Position numbers and translations under genes: made by a program. A stretch of DNA of 64,000 nt from NCBI RefSeq assembly GCF_052099035.1, contig NZ_JBQDSX010000012.1:14839-78838 (forward strand), in the 5' to 3' direction. A model generated the notes under the pieces. The model saw only the letters and a list, made by a program, of their open reading frames with translations. It searched no databases and was not told the DNA's origin. The stretch comes from Microbacterium sp. GTDB lineage: Bacteria; Actinomycetota; Actinomycetes; Actinomycetales; Microbacteriaceae. Positions 58,994 through 64,000 of the stretch are shown piece after piece (positions within the stretch are counted from its first letter, which is position 1; every line of letters starts with the position of its first letter).

Positions 58994-59027
58994 CGGGCTC
59001 AGAGCGACCAAGATCGCGACCTGAACG
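58965..59027. repeat. Family C element overlapping the isomerase 3' end and containing its stop codon
   Basis: CGTTCAGGTCGC / GCGACCTGAACG; inner GTCGCTCTGA / TCAGAGCGAC stem. Confidence 0.8.
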
Positions 59028-59059
59028 CCGGGGTAGGGCGCGCGGGCGCCCGCCCGCGC

Positions 59060-60703
59060 TCAGCCGCCGAGGGCGGCTGCGACCACGGCGCGGGCCTCTT
59101 CCTGGACCTCGGCGAGATGCTCCGGGCCGCGAAGGCTCTCGGCGTAGAGCTTGTAGACGTCTTCGGTACCCGACGGACGCGCGGCGAACCAGGCGTGTTC
59201 GGTCTGCACCTTGAGCCCGCCGATCGCGGCACCGTTTCCGGGCGCGTGCGACAGTTTCCCGGTGATCTCCTCGCCGGCGAGGGTCGTCGCGGCGACAGCA
59301 TCCGGAGAAAGTCGCGACAGGACAGCCTTCTGCTCGGGCGTGGCCGGCGCGTCGACCCGCTGATAGGCGGATGCTCCGAATGCCTGCTCGAGTTCGGCAT
59401 AGCGCTCCGAGGGGCTCTTTCCCGTGACCGCGATGATCTCGGCGGCGAGCAGGCACAGCAGGATGCCGTCCTTGTCTGTCGACCAGACGCTCCCGTCGCG
59501 GCGCAGGAAGGATGCTCCGGCGGACTCCTCGCAGCCGAAGGCCACGGAGCCGTCGAGGAGCCCCGGCACGAACCACTTGAACCCGACGGGAACCTCGAGC
59601 AGCTTGCGGCCGAGTGATTCGGCGACACGGTCGATGATCATCGACGAGACGAGGGTCTTGCCGATCGCGGCATCCCGCGGCCAATCCGCGCGGTGCGAGA
59701 ACAGGTAGTCGATCGCGACGGCGAGGTAGTGGTTGGGGTTCATGAGGCCGGCATCGGGGGTGACGATGCCGTGCCGGTCGGCGTCGGCGTCGTTTCCGGT
59801 GAGGACATCGAAATCGTCCCGGCGAGCGACGAGGGATGCCATCGCGGAGGGTGAGGACGGATCCATCCGGATCTTCTCGTCCCAGTCCAGCGTCATGAAG
59901 CGCCAGGTCGGATCGACCTCGGGGTTCACGACGGTGAGGTCGAGACCATGCATCTCCTTGATGAGCGCCCAGTACTCCACGGATGCGCCGCCGAGGGGAT
60001 CAGCGCCGATGCGGACGCCGGCCTTCTTGATGGCATCCAGATCGATGATCGACGGCAGATCGCGCACATAGGCGTCGCGGAAGTCGTAGTTCTGCAGGGC
60101 GTCCCAGTCGATGTCGGCGAAGCTCTCGGCTTTCACGTCGGCAAGACCGCCTTCGATGAGCTCATTCGCGCGATCGGCGATCCAGCTCGTGGCGTCGGTG
60201 TCGGCGGGGCCGCCGTGCGGCGGGTTGTATTTGAAGCCGCCATCGCGAGGCGGGTTGTGCGACGGGGTGACGACGATGCCATCGGCTCGGCCGGCAGCAT
60301 CCGGAGCAAGGGCGCGGTTGTACGTGAGGATCGCGTGACTGAGCGCCGGGGTCGGCACCCACGAGTCGCGGGAGTCGACCCGGATGTCGACGCCGTTCGC
60401 GACGAGCACCTCGATCGCGGTGCGCTCGGCCGGCAGCGACAGTGCGTGGGTGTCGCGGCCGAGGAAGAGGGGACCGGTGATCCCCTGCGTGCGCCGGTAG
60501 TCGACGATCGCCTGGGTGGTGGCGAGAATGTGGTTCTCGTTGAAGCTGCCCGAAAGCGACGAGCCGCGATGGCCACTCGTCCCGAACGCCACGCGCTGCG
60601 CCGGGTCCGACGGATCCGGATGGCGGTCGTAGTACGCGACGATGAGTGCGTCGACGTCGATGAGGTCTTTTTCCTCCGCGGGGAGGCCGGCACGGCTGGT
60701 CAT
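59060..60703 (-). CDS. pgm: phosphoglucomutase
   Basis: [23 protein letters not shown] and RPSGTE motifs. Confidence 0.95.
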   Translation of the reverse strand: MTSRAGLPAEEKDLIDVDALIVAYYDRHPDPSDPAQRVAFGTSGHRGSSLSGSFNENHILATTQAIVDYRRTQGITGPLFLGRDTHALSLPAERTAIEVLVANGVDIRVDSRDSWVPTPALSHAILTYNRALAPDAAGRADGIVVTPSHNPPRDGGFKYNPPHGGPADTDATSWIADRANELIEGGLADVKAESFADIDWDALQNYDFRDAYVRDLPSIIDLDAIKKAGVRIGADPLGGASVEYWALIKEMHGLDLTVVNPEVDPTWRFMTLDWDEKIRMDPSSPSAMASLVARRDDFDVLTGNDADADRHGIVTPDAGLMNPNHYLAVAIDYLFSHRADWPRDAAIGKTLVSSMIIDRVAESLGRKLLEVPVGFKWFVPGLLDGSVAFGCEESAGASFLRRDGSVWSTDKDGILLCLLAAEIIAVTGKSPSERYAELEQAFGASAYQRVDAPATPEQKAVLSRLSPDAVAATTLAGEEITGKLSHAPGNGAAIGGLKVQTEHAWFAARPSGTEDVYKLYAESLRGPEHLAEVQEEARAVVAAALGG

Positions 60704-60788
60704 GATTCAAGTGTGCCCCGATCCGGGCTCGCGCGCACGCGCAATGACACACACGCGCATCATCGGACACGGGGCTAAGGTGAAACGC

Positions 60789-61730
60789 GTGACTGAACGG
60801 CGCACATACAGCTATCTCGGCCCCGCGGGCACCTTCACCGAAGCGGCCCTCGATCAGGTCGCTGAGGCCCGAGGCCAGCAGTGGCGTGCGGTGCACAACG
60901 TGGGTGAGGCTCTCGCGGACGTTCTCGAGGGACGCAGCCACGCCGCGATGATCGCGATCGAGAACTCGATCGAGGGCGGCGTCTCCACGACGCAGGATGC
61001 TCTGGCCACTCTTCCTGGTCTGCGCATCGTCGGCGAGTACCTGGTGCGCGTGAACTTCGTGCTCGTCGCCCCGCGCGGCACGAAGCTCGAGGACGTGACG
61101 GTGATCGCAGCCCACCCCGTCGCCTACGCGCAGTGCCACGGCTGGCTCGGCGAGCACCTGCCGAACCACTCCCATGTTCCTGCGGCCAGCAATGTGGCAT
61201 CCGCTATCGGTGTGCTCGAGGGCTCCTCTCCCGCGCAGGCGGCGATCGCACCGCCGAACATCGTGCAGCACTACGACGTCGATGTGCTGGCATCCGAGAT
61301 CGGCGACAACACCTCTGCCGTCACGCGCTTCGTGCTGGTGACGCAGACGACCATGGCGCCGGATCCGACCGGGGCCGACAAGACTTCGCTCATCGTCGAA
61401 CTGCCGAACGATCAGCCCGGCGCCCTGCTCGACATGCTCGAGCAGTTCTCGACCCGCGGCATCAACCTGTCGCTCATCGAGTCCCGTCCGATCGGTGATG
61501 CCCTCGGCCGCTACCGGTTCGTCATCGACGCGGACGGGCACGTGCAGGATGAGCGCATGGCGGATGCGCTGCTCGGCATCCGCCGGTTCAGCCCCCGCGT
61601 CGTGTTCCTCGGTTCGTACCCGCGGGCTGACCGCCGGATCGTCCAGTACCCCGACCGTTACTCCGACGACGTCTTCGTCGAGGCACGTGACTGGCTGCGC
61701 GACCTGCTCTCGGGTGCGCCGGAGCAGTAA
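60789..61730 (+). CDS. pheA: prephenate dehydratase
   Basis: YLGPAGTFTE, IENSIEG, TRF, IESRP and FLGSYP motifs. Confidence 0.94.
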   Translation: MTERRTYSYLGPAGTFTEAALDQVAEARGQQWRAVHNVGEALADVLEGRSHAAMIAIENSIEGGVSTTQDALATLPGLRIVGEYLVRVNFVLVAPRGTKLEDVTVIAAHPVAYAQCHGWLGEHLPNHSHVPAASNVASAIGVLEGSSPAQAAIAPPNIVQHYDVDVLASEIGDNTSAVTRFVLVTQTTMAPDPTGADKTSLIVELPNDQPGALLDMLEQFSTRGINLSLIESRPIGDALGRYRFVIDADGHVQDERMADALLGIRRFSPRVVFLGSYPRADRRIVQYPDRYSDDVFVEARDWLRDLLSGAPEQ

Positions 61731-61771
61731 CGGCCCTCCCGCGGATGCCGGCGCTGAGCGCAGCGCCCGCC

Positions 61772-62821
61772 CTACAGCGCGGCGGCGACCAGCTCGAGTG
61801 TCTGTGAGCGGCCGGTCGCGGCATCCATCGCCTCGGTCGCGTACGCGCCGGCAACGGGCGAGATCATGACCTCGTCGACGCCGAACTTCGCGGCGAACTC
61901 GCGCACTTCGGTCGCCACGGAGGCGCCGGTTCCGACGAACCAGCGCGCGCGGCCGGCCGCGACGGCTTGATCGGTCGCGGGATCGGATGCTGCGGCCAGT
62001 GCCTCATCGACCGTCTCGAGCGCGATGAGCGGCTTGTTCAGGCGCAGACGCGACATCATCCGCAGCTGGGGCAGTGCGCGCTCCTCCGCCTCTTCGGCGG
62101 TGGGCGCGGCGACGACGTTGACCGTGAGGAATGTGCGTGGCTGCGGGTGCGCCTCGCTCGGCTGATATCCGGTTCGGTACAGATCGAGTGCGCGCTCCAG
62201 GCCCTGCCCGGAGAAGTGGTTGGCGAACACATACGGCAGGCCCTGGGATGCTGCGAGCTGAGCCGAATAGTCGCTCGAACCCAGCAGCCACACCTCAGGG
62301 ACGCCGACCGCGGCAGGCGTCGAGTGCACGATGTACTCGCTGCCGGAGGTGAAGCGCACCGTCGCACCCTCGCCGCCGAGGAGCATCGAGATGTCCTGCA
62401 CATGGCGCGGGAACTGCTCGACGTCGCTGGTCGTGCCGGACGTGCGCAGTAGCTGTGTGATGACCGGGTCGCTTCCGGGGGCGCGGCCGAGGCCGAGGTC
62501 GATGCGTCCGGGGGCGAGGGCCTCGAGCGCTGCGAACTGCTCGGCGACGATGAGCGGGGCGTGGTTGGGCAGCATGACTCCGCCCGAGCCCAGGCGCATT
62601 GTCTTCGTGCGCGACGCGGCTGCGGCGATGAGGACCGGAGGAGTGGTGGATGCCACGGCCGGCATGTTGTGGTGCTCGGCAAACCAGTAGCGGAGATAGC
62701 CGAGGCGATCGGCGGTCTCCGCGAGTGACATCGAGGCGGTGATGGCCTCGGCACTGGTCTGGCCGGTGCGCACCGGGACGAGGTCGAGCACGGACAGGGC
62801 GGGGGCTGAAGCAGTCATCAT
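61772..62821 (-). CDS. LLM-class flavin-dependent oxidoreductase (luciferase family)
   Basis: LSVLD, WFAEHHNM, GSGGVMLPNH, GLGRAPGSD and WLLGSS motifs. Confidence 0.9.
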   Translation of the reverse strand: MMTASAPALSVLDLVPVRTGQTSAEAITASMSLAETADRLGYLRYWFAEHHNMPAVASTTPPVLIAAAASRTKTMRLGSGGVMLPNHAPLIVAEQFAALEALAPGRIDLGLGRAPGSDPVITQLLRTSGTTSDVEQFPRHVQDISMLLGGEGATVRFTSGSEYIVHSTPAAVGVPEVWLLGSSDYSAQLAASQGLPYVFANHFSGQGLERALDLYRTGYQPSEAHPQPRTFLTVNVVAAPTAEEAEERALPQLRMMSRLRLNKPLIALETVDEALAAASDPATDQAVAAGRARWFVGTGASVATEVREFAAKFGVDEVMISPVAGAYATEAMDAATGRSQTLELVAAAL

Positions 62822-62881
62822 CCGTTGCAACTGTTCGGAGGCGACGGTCATTCCCGAGAACTGCGCCACTAATCTTTCTGT

Positions 62882-64000
62882 ATGGACGCGACCCTCTTCT
62901 ACGTTCTCGTCGGTGCTGTGATCGTGGCGGCCATCGCGCGCTGGCGCGGGTGGCCAGCGCCTCTGCTGGTCACGGTCGTGGCGCTCGCGGCATCCTTTCT
63001 GCCCTTCATCCCCGAGATGAATATCGACGGCCACGTGCTGCTGAACGTGGTGCTGCCGCCTTTGCTGTACTCGGCCGCACTCGATGTCTCGTTCGTGGGG
63101 TTCAAGCGCAGCCTGCCGCAGATCCGTCGGCTGGGGATCTGGCTGGTGCTGCTCACCACGGCCGTCGTCGGAGTGGTCGCATGGCTGATCATGCCGTCGC
63201 TGACTCTTCCCGGCGCCCTGCTGCTGGGCGCGATCGTCGCACCTCCCGATGCCGTCTCCGCAGCGGCGATCGGCCGCAAGCTCGGCCTCCCGCGGCGCAT
63301 CATGACGGTGCTGTCAGGGGAGAGCCTCATCAACGATGCGACCTCGCTGACGCTGTACCGGGTGTTCGCCGCGATGATTGCTGGAGCTGCGATCGGCGTG
63401 TGGGACGGCATCTGGCAGTTCGTGATCGCTGTGGTTGTCGGGATCGTGGTCGGCCTGGTGTTCGGCATAGTGCTGCATCAGCTGCGCATGCGGGTCGCCG
63501 ATCCCGTGGTGATTGGGACGTTCGGTCTGCTCGTGCCTTTCGGTGCGTATGCGATCGCCGAGCACCTGGGAGGATCGGGCGTGCTCGCGGTCGTCGCGAT
63601 GGGACTGTATGTGGGGTTCAACGCGCCCCGTACCGACTACACGACCAGGCAGCAGGAGGCGCCGCTGTGGCTGTCGGCGGATCTGCTGCTGGAGAGCTTC
63701 GTCTTCGCGTACATCGGGCTGCAGTTCCCGCGCGTGCTCAGCGACCTCGGGTCGGAGTCGGTGCCGCTCATTTTGGTTCTGTCCGGTGGCGTGCTGCTGA
63801 CGGTCCTGCTGGTGCGGCCGGCGTACATCTATCCCGCGCATGCGTGGGCGCGGTGGATGGAGCGCAAGCGCCTGCAGCGATGGGAGCGGATGACGGCGAC
63901 GGGAAGGTTCGAGGCACCCCCGCAGCGACGAGGTCGCGAGCCCCTCACGGCCGAGCAGATGCGCAAGCGCCTCACCGAGCCGACGCTGGACTGGAAGGAC
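62882..64000 (+). CDS. CPA1 Na+/H+ antiporter, partial (runs off the window)
   Basis: Manual translation MDATLFYVLVG...LPPLLYSAA...APPDAVSA...SGESLINDAT; absent from the ORF track because there is no stop in the window. Confidence 0.88.
   Translation, partial: MDATLFYVLVGAVIVAAIARWRGWPAPLLVTVVALAASFLPFIPEMNIDGHVLLNVVLPPLLYSAALDVSFVGFKRSLPQIRRLGIWLVLLTTAVVGVVAWLIMPSLTLPGALLLGAIVAPPDAVSAAAIGRKLGLPRRIMTVLSGESLINDATSLTLYRVFAAMIAGAAIGVWDGIWQFVIAVVVGIVVGLVFGIVLHQLRMRVADPVVIGTFGLLVPFGAYAIAEHLGGSGVLAVVAMGLYVGFNAPRTDYTTRQQEAPLWLSADLLLESFVFAYIGLQFPRVLSDLGSESVPLILVLSGGVLLTVLLVRPAYIYPAHAWARWMERKRLQRWERMTATGRFEAPPQRRGREPLTAEQMRKRLTEPTLDWKD

Overview
High-GC actinobacterial chromosomal DNA; gene content and order resemble Microbacterium/Microbacteriaceae. 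Gene blocks in order: (1) F420 locus with three LLM oxidoreductases, fgd, stand-alone cofE, a PPOX enzyme and a putative F420-0 ABC importer, with no fbiA/C/D genes in the window; (2) LacI + araD-araB-araA-aldose epimerase; (3) valine/isobutyrate catabolism (mmsA, acyl-CoA dehydrogenase, mmsB, enoyl-CoA hydratase, MarR); (4) a 2056-aa sortase-anchored amylopullulanase; (5) etfB-etfA-diheme cytochrome b-hydrolase; (6) putA, Tat phosphoesterase, XRE/membrane/MDR operon, vapBC, ddaH-like + rocD; (7) MFS/MarR, cutC, lipoate ligase, orphan DNA methyltransferase, gluconokinase, esterase/TetR/GH3; (8) gal genes, pgm, pheA, an LLM and a CPA1 antiporter. I saw no rRNA, tRNA, CRISPR, prophage or transposase. 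The most unusual signals lie below gene level. At least four families of short REP/MITE-like repeats recur, and several copies are translated in frame inside proteins or enclose a promoter. The non-palindromic hexamer GCATCC/GGATGC is strongly over-represented. The best candidate under-described systems are F420-0 scavenging and an ETF-coupled cytochrome b. All calls come from motif recognition by eye; no searches were run.
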